From the human T2T-CHM13v2.0 reference genome, Homo sapiens: DNA of 64,000 nucleotides. Under the pieces are notes generated by a model. The model did not search any database. It was not told the origin of the DNA and saw nothing but the letters and a program-made list of their open reading frames with translations. The stretch lies in the NCBI RefSeq assembly GCF_009914755.1, contig NC_060928.1; one strand, 5' to 3'. Below are positions 1 through 14,068 of the stretch, piece after piece. Numbering within the stretch: the first letter of the stretch is position 1; each line of letters begins with the position of its first letter. The translations under genes were made by a program, and so were the position numbers.

Positions 1-920
1 GAAATTAAGAGCACATGCAAAAAAAACATAATTATTGTTATGAATCATGGAATCTGTGCTATATAAAAGGAAAGTGATGATACAAGGGAATTGAGGATAT
101 GAAAAGGGTGGCAGGAACAATGCATTGCGGGCCTAGATGGGACTGGAATTCTTGGAATCAGCAAACAAGAAGGATAAAATTGGAAGTAACATGAAGCTTG
201 TTCTGAGATGACACGTTTGAAGTTGAAATGATGAAGAGAATACAGTTATTGAAATTGATGACAAGGGATTTGGTAGCTCAGGTAGTAGAAAAGACAAAAT
301 CTTTGGAGAAGAGGAAGACTTGAGACTGAAAAAGAAAGTACTGGAAAGAGATGCTTATGTGAATAATCAAATCGCCAAGAAGAAACGCAGAACTCCTATT
401 TGAGAGAGTGACAGAAAGCCAAGTGATAAAAATATTCAAATAATGTTGGAGGAGTGTTGCAGGGTCAGTTAGTGACCACTCAGTAACACTGAGTGGCAGG
501 TAGTAAAGTCTGATAACATAAGCTTCAAAGCTGGAGAATTTTCGGGACAAGGGTCTAGAAATGGTTTGAGGGGCAAAGAGGATACCAACACTGGATCCTG
601 TCCCAGTGGTATGAGTGTTGTAGCAGAGAAAAATAATCACCACAAGACCACAGGCAATGCAGTATCCCCAGAAGATAAGTACATTCTACTTAGCAAAATA
701 AAGTAAAAGGAAATTTCAAAAAACAAATGGAGGTTATAGGTAAGGTGATTATTTTTCCTAGTTTGCTTGGGACAGTCTCGATTTTGCCACTTGTCCCAGT
801 GTTATTAACTGTATTCCCACTCACTCTCAAGAGTATTACCATTATGACAACAAATTATGTGACCTCCCTAGATACACACATCCTGCTGATAATAAAGTTT
901 CATAGAGCAGAGTAGAAGAA
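1..920 (-). mobile_element. L2 LINE fragment covering the ORF2 APE-type endonuclease region (decayed), interrupted by MER94
   Basis: Minus-strand ORF 278-643 gives TGTGSSVGILFAP...SFEAYVIRL...TWLSVTLS...LLGDLIIHI, matching the L2/CR1-clade endonuclease pattern (GGGVG...SFE...GDFNIH); purine-rich plus strand typical of antisense L2. Confidence 0.7.
741..870 (+). mobile_element. MER94-like hAT-Blackjack MITE
   Basis: taaggtgatt...gtttgcttgggacagtc...cactctcaagagt...aaattatgtgacctcccta resembles the recalled MER94 consensus with degenerate TAGGGTGACC TIRs. Confidence 0.7.
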
Positions 921-2219
921 CCTGGAGAGTTGTAGAGGAATAGGAAAACTGGTCAAAATCAAGGGATGCGCAGATCCATATCAGTGAGATTTAAACAGTA
1001 ATCTGGAAATTTCAGACTTTCCATGAGGGCAGCATTTAGGAATCCAGGACCAACACAGACTCTAGGCAAATTATGTTGATAAGATGAGTGTAGGTTGGCA
1101 GGAGGGGTGAGCATATTGCCAGGTGCTTACTGAGGTGTGGGGCCCCTCTTCATCCCTGACAGTGGCAGTGGAAGCTTGGCTAACAGCAATCTCACCAGCA
1201 GCTGAAAGTCTTGAGGGCATTGCTTCCCACAGCTGAGTGAGGCTGGGAAAGATAGCAGCTGATGCATGCTAGACTTAAGGATGAAGCAGCTCTGCACCAT
1301 GTTGCACAAAGGAAAAAAGGCTGTGAGTAGAAAACAGATTTCAGCTGTTACACAGCTTCATCTATACTTCGTCCTGACCTTGCATGTCGGCCATATCCTC
1401 TTTTCTGCTTGTTCCATTCCCCTTCCTCCTAGAGCTATAAGCATCATTTGTCATTGAGTAAAAATGCCAAAGTAGATGACAATTAATGAGCCATCAGCAG
1501 AAGGAGGGTGAGGGCTAATTGGAGCTTTAGTGAGCAACTTGCTAATATATTAACTAGGTATATGACCTCAAAATCTGGGTTAGGCCCTTATTACAGAAAT
1601 AAACAAACTGAAAATGGCTTGGGGTAAAACAAGACAACAAACTCAACAGCTTTGGTTCTACGAAAACGCCAAGCCTGGGCTGTCATACCACTGGACTTGG
1701 AGGGAGCAGTGTATTTGCTGCATTTGCCCTTTTGCCAAATGATTCCAACAAATACATGATTCACTTCAGTACTACACCCTGCAGCTGAGAGCTCCGATAC
1801 CACTGGCATATTTTCTGCTCTCTAGAAATCAGAGTTTTTAGGTCTGTGTCAGTCATCACACAAAGAAAGAAGAGAACTGCACAGTGGGAGAATAAAAAAG
1901 ATGTAGAGATCATTTCCAGCAGCCGTGCTAATGCATTTTTAATAGTAGAGTTGGATTTTTTTAAATTATTATTAAGACTTATTTTTGTTTTTAACAATCC
2001 TCATGGATATTTGAAATCAAAATCAGACTCGATTAGATGTTTTCTCAAAAAGAAAAGGAGAAACCTAGAATCATTGTGACACATGTAAAGTTGCTTATGA
2101 AGACTTCTTAGGTCATCACCAGGAATTTTACATAAGTTACAATGTGTCAAGTTTTATAGCAGACAAATCATACTACAAATACTACAAACAAACATGTTTT
2201 TCTAGATGCCAAGAAAAAA

Positions 2220-2228
2220 TATATGTAT

Positions 2229-2306
<78 letters not shown>

Positions 2307-2307
2307 A
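2220..2307. repeat. (TA)n/(TATG)n microsatellite
   Basis: Directly visible TA runs. Confidence 0.95.
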
Positions 2308-2499
2308 CAAATTCTGTGAATTATACTGGATGCTGATGCAACAGTGAAGTACTGTCTTATGTACATAAAGATGATACTACCAACCTGCTGTTGACAGAGT
2401 ATGTTCTTTTAAAATTGCTTTTTTCCACAGTGATTTAATTCATGATGAAAGCCAGATCTGCTCCAATTCTTCTTTTAATTAGCTACATTCAATTCTAAT

Positions 2500-2900
2500 T
2501 CATCTATTCATTCACTCATTCCTTTAATCAACAAACATTTATTCAGTGGCTGCTAAGTAAAATGCAGAACAGCAGGTACCCCACAGAGATTTGTACAAGA
2601 CATTGTGAGAACACAGGGAAAGGGAACCTAGCATAGCCTGAAGGATGAGGCTACTTCAGATCAGTGAAGACTTCCTAAAGGAAGTGATATTAAACTTAGA
2701 ATGAGTAGTATTTAATTAGGTAACAGAAATAACAAAAAAATGGGATAGGGAGGAGAGGGCCTGAGCAAAGGCATGAAGGTGAGCAGAGCATAGTATGTGC
2801 AAGAAACAAAAAGCAATTCCAGTTAGAAGAGAAGGTGCTGCAATAAAGTGGTGGGGGAGGAAGGTGCTTGTGGAACAAAGACACCTACTGGGCCATGTAT
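2500..2900 (-). mobile_element. L2 3' end fragment
   Basis: attcattcactcattc...aacaaacatttattc antisense L2 tail followed by purine-rich L2 body. Confidence 0.6.
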
Positions 2901-3508
2901 CACTGGAACTTGCTAATTGGACATTAATATAATAATTCAAACTAGATGAGCAATAAGATGTAAAAAGAATAGCAGGAGTATTTGAAATCAGTTTCTCGAT
3001 TGTGAAGAATAGAGAGCCACTTTGGACTTAGTTTTCTTCCATATTTTAAAATTGTGGAAACAGAATTTATTAATTCTAAGATTTTTTCTGGAATGAATAT
3101 TCAGTGAGTCTTTGGACACTAATTTCAAACTGTTTAATAGCTTATGAGAGAAAATGCTTCCTAGGAAACTTCAGAGGACTGTAGTGGGAGTCCCTAACAC
3201 AGAGACCCTAACATCAAGCCTATGTTGTTAGTCCTGACTTAAAACACAGCCTCATACCCAAGTGAAAAAATTCTCCAAAGGATTTTCCAGCTTTCTAGTT
3301 CCCCAGGATGAAAAAAGAATAGATTGATGCATCTTTGTTTCCTGCTGGTTGCATTATATTCTCAAACTTCTTATTCCAATAAATATCCAAGGTATTGCCT
3401 TGGTTTAGTTCTTACTCTCAAAGTTACTTCCCAAATTGGAAAATGCATATATATTTTTTAAAAATTTTCTGTTGGGTAAATACCAAAAATTAAAAATTAT
3501 AATCCTAC

Positions 3509-3874
3509 TGATACCATTTGGCTCTGTGTTCCCATCCAAATCTCATTTCAAATTGTAATCCCCATGTGTCAGGGTAGGGACCAGATAGGAGGTGACTGGA
3601 TCATGGGCGTAGTTTCTCCCGTGCTGTTCTCACAATAGTGAGTGAGTTCTTGCCGAGCTAGTGGTTTTAAAGTGATATTTCCTCGATTTCACACTCATTC
3701 TATTCTGCTGCCTTGTGAAGAAGGTGCCTGCTTCCCCTTCACCTTCCACCATGATTGTAAGTTTCCTGAGGCCTCCTCAGCCATGCAGAACTGTGAGTCA
3801 GTTAAACCTCTTTTCTTTATCAATTACCCAGTCTCAGGCATTTCTTTATAGCTGTGAGAAAATGAACTATTACA
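3509..3874 (+). mobile_element. THE1/MST-type MaLR solo LTR (THE1D-like)
   Basis: TG...CA termini, tttggctctgtgttccc...aaatctcat start, ttctttatagc...actattaca end; 5-bp TSD CCTAC at 3504-3508 and 3875-3879. Confidence 0.9.
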
Positions 3875-3979
3875 CCTACCATAATTTAAAAATTATTTTA
3901 GTCTCCAATTTTACCCTCAGAGTTTACCTCCATTAATAGCAGAGTATACATCTTTATGACTTCCTTCTTTATTTAAACA

Positions 3980-4411
<432 letters not shown>

Positions 4412-5139
4412 TCAATTCCTTTGTCAAAAACATCTTTCAGGTTAGTGTGTATGTATATTATACATATGTAAGTTTCATTCGCTTTCTGTGGCTCCCAGTC
4501 CCTGGCTGTTCTTTTACATCCTCAAAAGGGCCCTCCCTCTCCTCTCATTCTGATTTATGTGTTCAGTGTTCTACAATTTTCTCCTTCTCAACTGCTAAAT
4601 TCAATTCTCTGACTAAACATAAATGCCATGACTATTAGCATATCTTTCTGTTTTTATGTTTCTCAGATTAATTGTCATCTTAGGCACTAAAGCTTCTGAT
4701 TATAAATTCCTCCTTTCTTGTTAAATATCCATAACTCTATTATTTTTCTTATTTTAAATCAATATGTCTTGCAAAATCCTTTAGGGCTCTGCTATCTGGC
4801 GCCAGCTTTGCCTAGGAGATAATAAAATAAATAAAATTTGAATGTCTTGATAGTGTTTGGGGGAAATAAATATATTACAGTATAAAACCATGCTTATGTT
4901 TTACAGAGAATAACTGGCTTCTTCCATTATTCCTTTATTTCTCCTATTATACCTAACATTAAATACTGGAGTCCAAAAGTGCACAATACATTTTAAAAAA
5001 CTCCATAACTAAAGATAAAGCTTCTCTTTTTATGTGATAAAAATTGGCTTGTAATATAATCTAAGCACATCACATTCATAGCTTTCATATTTAAAGTTCA
5101 TTTTTTCAATGCAAATTTTTATTGAAATTTTAAATTTTA

Positions 5140-5938
5140 TTTATTTTTTAAAATTATAAAATACATGTAACATAAAATTCACCATCTTAACCATTTTAGG
5201 TGTACAGTTTAGTAGCATTAAATACATTTACATTATTGTGCAACCATCGCCACCATCCATCTCCACAGCCCTTTTTCTTGCAAAACTAAAACTCTGTACC
5301 CACTAAAAATTCCCTCCTCCCATTCCCTCTTCCCCCCAAGGCCTTAGCAATCAATTATGTCTCTACGAATTTGAACATTCTAGGTATCTCATATAAATGT
5401 AATCACATAGTAGTTGTCCTTTTTTGACGGGCTTTCTTCACTTAGCATAATGTCCTCTAGGTTCATCTACATTGCAGCATGTGTCAGAATTTCCTTCAAT
5501 TTTAAGGCTAAATAATATTCTGTTGTGTATATGTGTATGTGTATATATGTGTATATATGTGTATATATGTGTGTGTATATATATCCTGCATTTTATATAT
5601 ATGCTATATATATATGTATATACATATACACACACACACATATATATCCTGCATTTTGTTTATCTGTTCATTATCAACAGACATGGGTTGCTTCTACCTT
5701 TTGGCTGTTATGAATAATGGCTCTCAATTATCTTGGGTATATATCCAGAAGTGGAACTGCTAGACGAAATGGCAATTCTAGTTTTAATTATTTAAGGAAC
5801 TGCCATACTGTTTTCCATAATGGTTGCACCATTTTACCTTCACACAAATAATGCACAAGAGTTCCATTTTTTTTTTTTTTTTACATTCTCACCAACATTT
5901 ATTTTGTTTTTTTGATAGTAGCCATCCTAATGGGTATG
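5140..5938 (-). mobile_element. L1MB-type 3' end with internal TA/TG microsatellite (about 5525-5646)
   Basis: cataaaattcaccatcttaaccatttt...tacattattgtgcaaccatc and ttcacttagcataatgtcc are antisense L1M 3' sequence. Confidence 0.85.
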
Positions 5939-6339
5939 GGATAGAAATCATGTAAATCTAAATTCTATTTTAGTATGCATTTTTAAGAGGCACTATTTTG
6001 GCTAATAAACTTCAATAACTATCTTCTTCACATTATGCTCCAATAAAAATTGGATTGTGCTTGCTTATCATATAAAGCTCAGCATTCCTGAGAGGTAAGA
6101 CTCAATCTATCCCACAAATATGGCTCATCCCAGTAGTGATTCTCAAAGACAGAAGAGACCAATAACCTATTAACCAGCCCCCAGCAAAAGAAGCAAGTCA
6201 GAATGGGGGAAGGAAGTATGTATAGTTCAACAGAACAAAAACTCATGTTATTCGGACACATCCAATTGAGAATAATTTGTTTTCCTAAACTCTGGGAATG
6301 TTTATCTCTGCCATTGCGATTCCTAGAACTCATCACAGT

Positions 6340-6515
6340 TATGGAGCTGAAAGAGACTGCAGGGACCTTCTAGATTAATCATTTTGTTTTATGGATGAGA
6401 AAATTATACCTAAAAAGGTTAAGTGATTTACCCAAGGCCACACAGCTGATTAGTGTCAATATTTATATCTGCAGCCCACATCTCTTAATTCTGGTCACTT
6501 GCTCTTTCCATCACA
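6340..6515 (-). mobile_element. MIR SINE
   Basis: MIR core gatgagaaaatt...aggttaagtgatttacccaaggccacacagct. Confidence 0.75.
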
Positions 6516-6577
6516 GTTAAAAAACTTAAGTCTGTAATGTCCTCTCAAAACTAATTAAAATTCACATCACAATTTGA

Positions 6578-6763
6578 GTGGTTCTCAAACTTTATATGCT
6601 ATTAAGAATTGCCTAGTGAGGCTGTCCAAAATGCTTATTCTTAAACCTCCAAACCCAGATATCAAGATTCACGGAGTCTGGGGTGGGACCCAAGAATTAA
6701 ATTAATGAGCAATACAGATGATTCTGATAAACATTGTTCACAGATTATCTTCTGAGAATCACT
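6578..6763. mobile_element. MER5-type hAT-Charlie MITE
   Basis: TIRs agtggttctcaaa / tctgagaatcact; internal gtctggggtgggacccaagaat. Confidence 0.75.
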
Positions 6764-6798
6764 CTTCTGGGTACTATTTAAAAGCCCTGGTCTTAAGC

Positions 6799-6987
6799 CA
6801 GTGATCTTCAAGGCATGGGCCCTGGTCCAGCTGCATCAGCACCACTTGGTAACCTAAGAGAAATGTAAAGTCTTAGAGCCCACGGCAGAACTACCTAATC
6901 AGAGACTCTTGGGGAGAGACTAGAACATTGTAGATTAATAAGCTCTTCAAGTGATTCCAATGCATCTAACATTTGAGATCCAGTGGC
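6799..6987. mobile_element. MER5A hAT-Charlie MITE
   Basis: cagtgatcttcaa...gcatcagcaccacttgg...aatcagagactct...ttgagatccagtg. Confidence 0.75.
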
Positions 6988-7309
6988 CTAGGCTCAATTT
7001 TAGTCCAAGCAAGCCACTCACTTTATTATGTTGCCTTCCAACTAGAGGATTTAGGAACCCAGGGCTTCGGGTGCATCAAAGTAATCCAAAATATTTGATC
7101 ACCCTAACTGATACTGCCAAGAGTGTGCGTGTGTGTGTGTGTTGAATGTTTCAACACTAAGGAACAAAACCTTCCCTGTCTTTGCTCCTTACATGCAATT
7201 GATTGAAAAGTAGAGGTTAAGTGAGGGGCATATCAAGTGGCAAATGTTGCTTCCCGCCTTGTGACATCGTTTACATTTTAGGAACAAAACAATACTTATC
7301 TGCTTGCTG

Positions 7310-8220
7310 CAAATCTTCACCTGGATGTCCTGTCAGTGCTCCTGCCAGCCATATGTCTAACACTCAACTAATTACCTTTCTTTGCAAGTTGACGCTTATC
7401 TTTCTGTGTTCTTTATTTCTGTTAAAAGCATCACTGCCCTCCCTATCATCAGGCTGAAAATTGAGGAATCATTTTCATTGCCTTCATCTTTGTTACCAGA
7501 GCCAAATAATTGCTTTAACTATCAATCCTGCCTCTGACACATCTCTCCAATTTATTCTCTCCTTTCACTTTCTACTTCCAATTTAGTAATTCATGTCATT
7601 ATTACCATCCTCCTGGACTACAGAAATAACTAACTAATTGGCCCCCTCCTGCAAATTCATCTTCCCTCAGCATAGCACTGAAAGTGATCCATCTTTGCTC
7701 AAAAGCCTGTAAGTGTTCCACTTTATCTCTAGTGCAAATTGTTTATGCTAGCATTCAAAAGTCTCTATAGGTTGGTATTATTCTGTTTTTCAGTATTCAT
7801 TTACTCATTCATTACTTAAATAACGCCTATTCTGTATTGATTTGGGTATCTTCCCTTTCACATGCCATACATTACTATCAAACCAAGTTGCTGGCTTTGT
7901 CTTATACTCTGCAATGTTCTTACATATCAGGTATTGCTCATTTCTTTCCCTCCATCAGGAATGCACTCCTCTGCCTGCCTTCTTTTTCTGTCTATTCGTT
8001 CTTCATTTTCAAGGTCTACCTCAGTTGTACTATGATGTCTTTCCTAAAATATTTTCTTCCTCCATTAAACTTTCTTAACAATGTATCCATCTCCACAAAT
8101 GGTTTCCTTTTAATACTGTAATTGTCTTTGCTTGTCTATCCTTCTAGATCATATACTATTTTGGGCCAGAACACATACCTGATTCATCAGTGTATCCCTC
8201 TATCTCTACAGCATTGAGCT
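7310..8220 (+). mobile_element. L2 LINE 3' region
   Basis: Pyrimidine-rich L2 motifs tcacctggatgtcc, ctcctggactac, gctcaaaagcct, gattcatcagtgtatccc. Confidence 0.65.
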
Positions 8221-8631
8221 TGATTCTTAATCTTTCTTTCCAACTTGAGTGACTAAAATATTTAACAGAAATCAATATCAGATTATTCATGAATTTAGAT
8301 CCCAAAATGTCTAAGCCTGATTCCTCATAGTGTTCCTCTTAAACAGACTAGATATTTATATATTTTCCTTATGTTCTGAGTAGTACAACTTATTCACTAT
8401 CTTTAAAGGCTCCCAGTAAAATAATTTATAAGAACAGATTTCAGTACTTTTCAATTCAGTTTAAATGCTATCAGTCTTGTCTGGTATGTTTATGTAACTG
8501 AGACTTATCACTTTGATTAGGGAAGGATGCCATGTAGAATTATGTTTCAAGTGTGGCAAAATGATCAGTTGTATGTATTTGTTTTGCATTTTTTGTCTAG
8601 AAAGCTGGGAAATAAGGCAGGAAAGACAGAG

Positions 8632-8955
8632 TAAGACGAAGGCTAGGCTCAAACAAATTTGGCATTTCCCTCAGGTGCATAAATTAAGGGGGCACTAAAC
8701 AAACAGAATAATCAGATGGGATCAGCATTGCTTATCTTCCCTTTTGCCCCAGGCACCAATATGGCTCCACATGGTACTGGCAAACCTAGTCTTTATTTGA
8801 AATTTTGATATTTTATAATGGATTTTTGCATGAATTTTGTTCTTTTCTTAAAATATTGCATAGAGTATTATTTATTTGATTACTGAGTTTGGTGCACCCT
8901 TCAATTATGCACACAGGACAGGTGCTTTACTCACCTTATCCTAGAGGAGGCCATG
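8632..8955. mobile_element. MER96B-like hAT MITE
   Basis: Inverted ends ggtgcataaattaagggggcactaaac / gtttggtgcacccttcaattatgcac; internal tctttatttgaaattttgatattt. Confidence 0.75.
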
Positions 8956-10685
8956 AGAAGGAAGCAGAAAACAAAATGGGGAAGAAAAAAGGAAGGAAAA
9001 ATAGATAAGATGAAAGGCATGAAGGGAGACAGACAGTCTTTATTAAATACTCTTAATCTTTAAGTGTAAATATTATATTAAGTTGATAATAGATAAACAA
9101 AAACAAGTATGATGAAAGATTCTGCCAACATTGGTGTAAGCAATGTTGTTTATTTGTATACAATATGTATATACCATAGACAGATGTACATTACTACAAT
9201 ATATATACATATTACAGATTGCATATTTTATTTCTGCATATTACAATATATTATGTTCATTGTATTAACTCAGGAAGGTTGATTCTGAATTATTTTTATT
9301 TTTCATATTTATGTTTATTTTTCCCTATTAGAATTAGTTACAATTTTACCACATTTTAGAAGAATTTACCTGTTAATCTCTGACAATTTCCAAATCATAC
9401 TTAAATATTTCTTTAAGAATCAAAGATAATATTTGACTTAAACTTTTGTTGTTTGGGCTAAAGAGGAAGATAAAAAAGGAGTTTGAATCTGAAATTCCCT
9501 ACTAACTGGTTATGAGGCCTAGTCATTGTTCTGAGAAATCACCAGGTAAATTTGCCTAAACGTTGCACATAATTTGTAATTTACCCCAACAGAGGGATAA
9601 TGTGTGTTAAAATATGGAAAATGTAAAAGAATGGGATCAATAAACTTGGGCTAATTCAATGAATACATGTATTTTAATCTCCTGAGTGTCTGGGGTTTTT
9701 TAACATTTAAAAATTAAGTGCTCTGTAGTGTAAAGATGTAGTGTTTGTTTTGAAAGAGCACAGGAGACTTCCAGGAAAGAGTAGCTACTCACAAATTATT
9801 GCTTTCGCCTTCCATGACAAGGCCAACAATATGCTTTCATTTACTGATTCTCATCTAATACCTTAAGCTTGAGCACCCCATCTGCTCAGCAGTATGTAAA
9901 TGTGATGGAAGGTTTCTGCCTCAAATTATACTGTCAGAAATATATTGCATTTAATACTTTGTGTATTTAACTCTGTGTATAAAATATTCAGCCTGCAGGA
10001 GAGTTGTGAATTACAGTCAAGTGAAATGCTGTGCTTGAATTGTGAAGCTCAAGAAGCTTTTATCAGCTTATCAACTCAAAATATCAATATTCTCCTGCAC
10101 CATGTTAACACAAATACATTTATGCAATTCCAGCAACAGAGATGGTCTTACCATTTCTCCATTTGGCACTTTGGATATAATAATTATATGCAAATTTGGA
10201 CAAATTTCCTTTCTGCTTTAGGGAATCTAATTTAGTTTGTCAATCTAGCTGTTTTTTAGAAATTGCTCCACATATTATACACAATAATAAAAGACTCAAA
10301 TCTCATTTTCTAACCCTGCACTCCTAACAACATTTCACAGTATTTTGCATATTATTTGATAATATACTGTTTGAATCAGGAATCTTATCCAGAGTCATAG
10401 AATTGCTTTAAGTTTTGTCTTGGTGTTTGTCTACTAATGTGCACATTTTTTCAGTTGCGTGTGCTGGGAGAGCCACCAAATGATGTATTGGACCAAAAAT
10501 ATTTACCCATTTGATATTCTCTATTAGTCATCCAGCAATTTCAAACTTAATATATCCAAAACCCAACAGTTGTCCCACCTTTTATTTTTTTCTTTTTCAC
10601 TTGATAGCAAATTCATTCTTCTTAGATTGACTCTTGTCTTTCTCTTACACCTCATGTCTAATTCATCAGTAAATCTTGTAGGGCC

Positions 10686-11120
<435 letters not shown>

Positions 11121-11714
11121 TAGGTTTTTTATTTAAAAACATACAAATTTTCACCACCTCCACCATTATTACCCTGGTCCAAGCCATCACTGTCTCTTTC
11201 CTGGATTATTGCAATAGCTTTCTACCAAGTCTTCCTGATTTTACTCTACTTTGCCATAGTCTGCTTTCAATATTGCAATATAAGCGAACAGGTCATTCTT
11301 CTGCTCAAAATTGTTCATTGGCTCCCCACTCCATTCAAGGCCAAAAACTCTTACAATAGCTTGCAAGGCTGAATATGATCTATGTTCACCCACCTCATTA
11401 TCTTTCTGGCTTGGCTTATCTGGTTTCTTTGCTGTTTCTTGGTTGTACCAACCACACTCCCCTTTTCACTGGCTGTTTTCTGTTCTTCCTATCTTTCCTT
11501 CCCCTAGGTAGCTTCGTGACCTACTTTCTCACCATATTTGAGTCTTAGTTCAATGTTACCTTTTCCAGAAACTTTCCCTGACTTCCCTATTTCTAAATGC
11601 AATACCCCTGATACCTCAGCACTTCCTACACTTCTTTCCTGCTTTTATTCTGTTTCCATAGCATATGTCACTTACTAATATATAATTTACTTGCAATTTT
11701 ATTTTTAATTACCT

Positions 11715-11890
11715 TATAGATTTTTTATTATATGTATTTAAGGTTTACAACATGGTGTTTTGATATACATATACTCAGTGAAATGGTTGCTACAGTCAAG
11801 AAATTAACATGTCTACCACCTTGTATAGCCATCTTTTTTTATAGTAAGAACACCTAAAATCTATTCTCTTAGCAAATTTTCAGTATACCA
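11715..11890 (-). mobile_element. L1MA-type 3' end fragment
   Basis: atttaaggtttacaacatgg...aaaatctattctcttagcaaattttcagtatac. Confidence 0.75.
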
Positions 11891-12164
11891 TTTTCTTAAT
11901 TAACTGTTCTAGTATACCCTGCACTAGAATGTAAACTTTATGAGGGCAAGAATTTTTGCCTTTTTCACTCACTGATAGATCCCAAGCACCTTATAGGTGC
12001 CTAAAAGATAGAAGATTCTCAATAACTAATTGTTGAAAAATAAATTTGGCCCCCAAAATAACCCCCAAAAAATTAAACAAAAGTGAATTGATAAAAAGCA
12101 AATGCCTCTATGATTTCCTTTTCTACAGTAAGAAATTATTTGGACAAAATAGTCAAAGTATATT

Positions 12165-12646
12165 AAATTAACAATTCTTAAGTTTTAGAGTTTGATGATT
12201 TGATGTATGTATACATTGGGAAATGATTACCACAACCAAGCTAACTAACACACCCATCACCTCACATGGTTACTTTTTTTTTTTTTTTGGTAAGAACACT
12301 TAAGATCTACTCGCTGAGCAAATTTCTAGTATACAGTATGTTGTTATTAATCATAGTCACCATGCTGTACATCACATTTCCAGAACTTATTCATCTTTTA
12401 AATGAAAGTAAAATATGTTGATCCTTTGACCAACATCTTCCCATTCCTCACCTCCACCCCAGGCTCTGGTAACGACCATTCTACTCTCTGCTTCTATGAG
12501 TTTAATTTTTTTTAGATTCCACATGTAAATGAGATCATGCAGTATGTCTTTTTATGTCTGGCTGCTTTCCTCTAGGTCTATCCATGTTGTCACAAATGGT
12601 GGGATTTTCTTCTTTTTAGTAGTTAAATACATTCCATTTTATACAC

Positions 12647-12703
<57 letters not shown>

Positions 12704-13390
12704 ACATTTTCTTTATCTATTCATACACTGACAGACATTTTGGTTGTTTCCGTATCTTGGCTTTTATAAAGAATGCCACCATGAACATAAGAACACAGAT
12801 GTATCTTTGAGATGCTGATTTCATTTCTTTTGGATATATATCCAGAAATGGGATTGCTAACTCATATGGTAGTTTCATTTTTAATTTTTCATGGAAGCTC
12901 CGTACTTTTTCCCATAATGGCTGTAAAAATTGACATTCCCACCAACAGGGTAACAAGGGTTCTTTTTTCTCCACATACTCACCAACACTTACTATCTTTT
13001 GTCTATTTAATAATACCAATTCTCACAGCTATGCAGTAATAACTCATTGTGGTTTTGATTTGCATTTCCCTATTGATTAATGATGTTGGCATTTTTTCTT
13101 ATACCTGTTGGCCATTTGTATACCCTCTTTTGAGAAAATCTATTCAGTCCCTTTGCCCATTTTTTATTTGGGTTAATTGTTTTCTTTTAATTTAGTTGTT
13201 TGAGTTCCTTATATATTTTGGATATTAACCCTTCATCAGATGTATGGTTTGCAAATATTTTCTACCATTTCCTAAGCTGTAGCTTCACTCTGTTGATTGT
13301 TTCCTTTGACGTGCAGAGCTTTCTATTTTGATGTAATCCCATTTGTTTACTTTTGCGTTTGTTGCCTATACTTTTGGTGTAATAGCCAAA
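12165..13390 (-). mobile_element. L1MA9-like 3' segment (ORF2 C-terminus and 3'UTR) with internal (AC)n at about 12641-12703
   Basis: ORF 12717-13019 resembles ORF2p C-terminus (CWWECQFLQPLW...PYELAIPFLDIYPKE); L1MA 3'UTR sequence. Confidence 0.9.
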
Positions 13391-13404
13391 AATATCTTAA
13401 CATA

Positions 13405-14068
13405 AATTTATGCCAAGATAAATTTAACTAAGAGAGTAACATATCTATACAAAGAATACTGTAAAACATTGATGATAAAATGAAGAAGACACAAATAAAT
13501 GAAAAGTTAACCCATATTGGTGGATTGGAAGAATAAATATTGTTTAAATGCCCGTAGTACCCAGAGGGATCTATAGATTCAATGAAATCCTTATCATGAT
13601 TCCAATGACTATTTTACGTAAATAGAAAGAACAATCCTAAAATGCAAATGAAACTACGAAAGACTACAAATAGCCAAAGCAATTTTAACAAAGAAGCACA
13701 AAGCTGGAGGCATCACACATCCTGATTGGAAACTGTATTGCAAAGCTGTGGTAATCAACATAGTATGATACTGGCATAAAAACAGACACATAGGCTAAAG
13801 GAACAGAATAGGGACCCCAGAAATAAACCAATGCATATACAGTCAACTAATTTTTGACACGGAAATCAAGAATACACAATGGAGAAGGGAAAGTCTCTTT
13901 AATAGTGTTAGGAGAACTGGATATCCACACGCAAGAGAATGAAACTGAATCCTTATATAAATTAATTCACAATAAAGACTTTATTGTAAGATGTGAAACT
14001 CTAAACCTCCTGAAAGAAAATATAGTGGAGGAAGAGCCATGCCATTGGTCTTGACAATGACTTGATAT
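13405..14068 (+). mobile_element. Inverted 5' segment of the same L1 (ORF2)
   Basis: Sense ORF2 sequence (gaagaagacacaaataaatg, ggattggaagaataaatattg, ctggcataaaaacagacac) ending where the minus-strand segment begins. Confidence 0.85.

Noticed and set aside
5438-5763. Tyr/Ile/Cys/Val-rich ORFs (also 2144-2347 and 12529-12810)
   Set aside because: Translation of TA/TG/CA microsatellites
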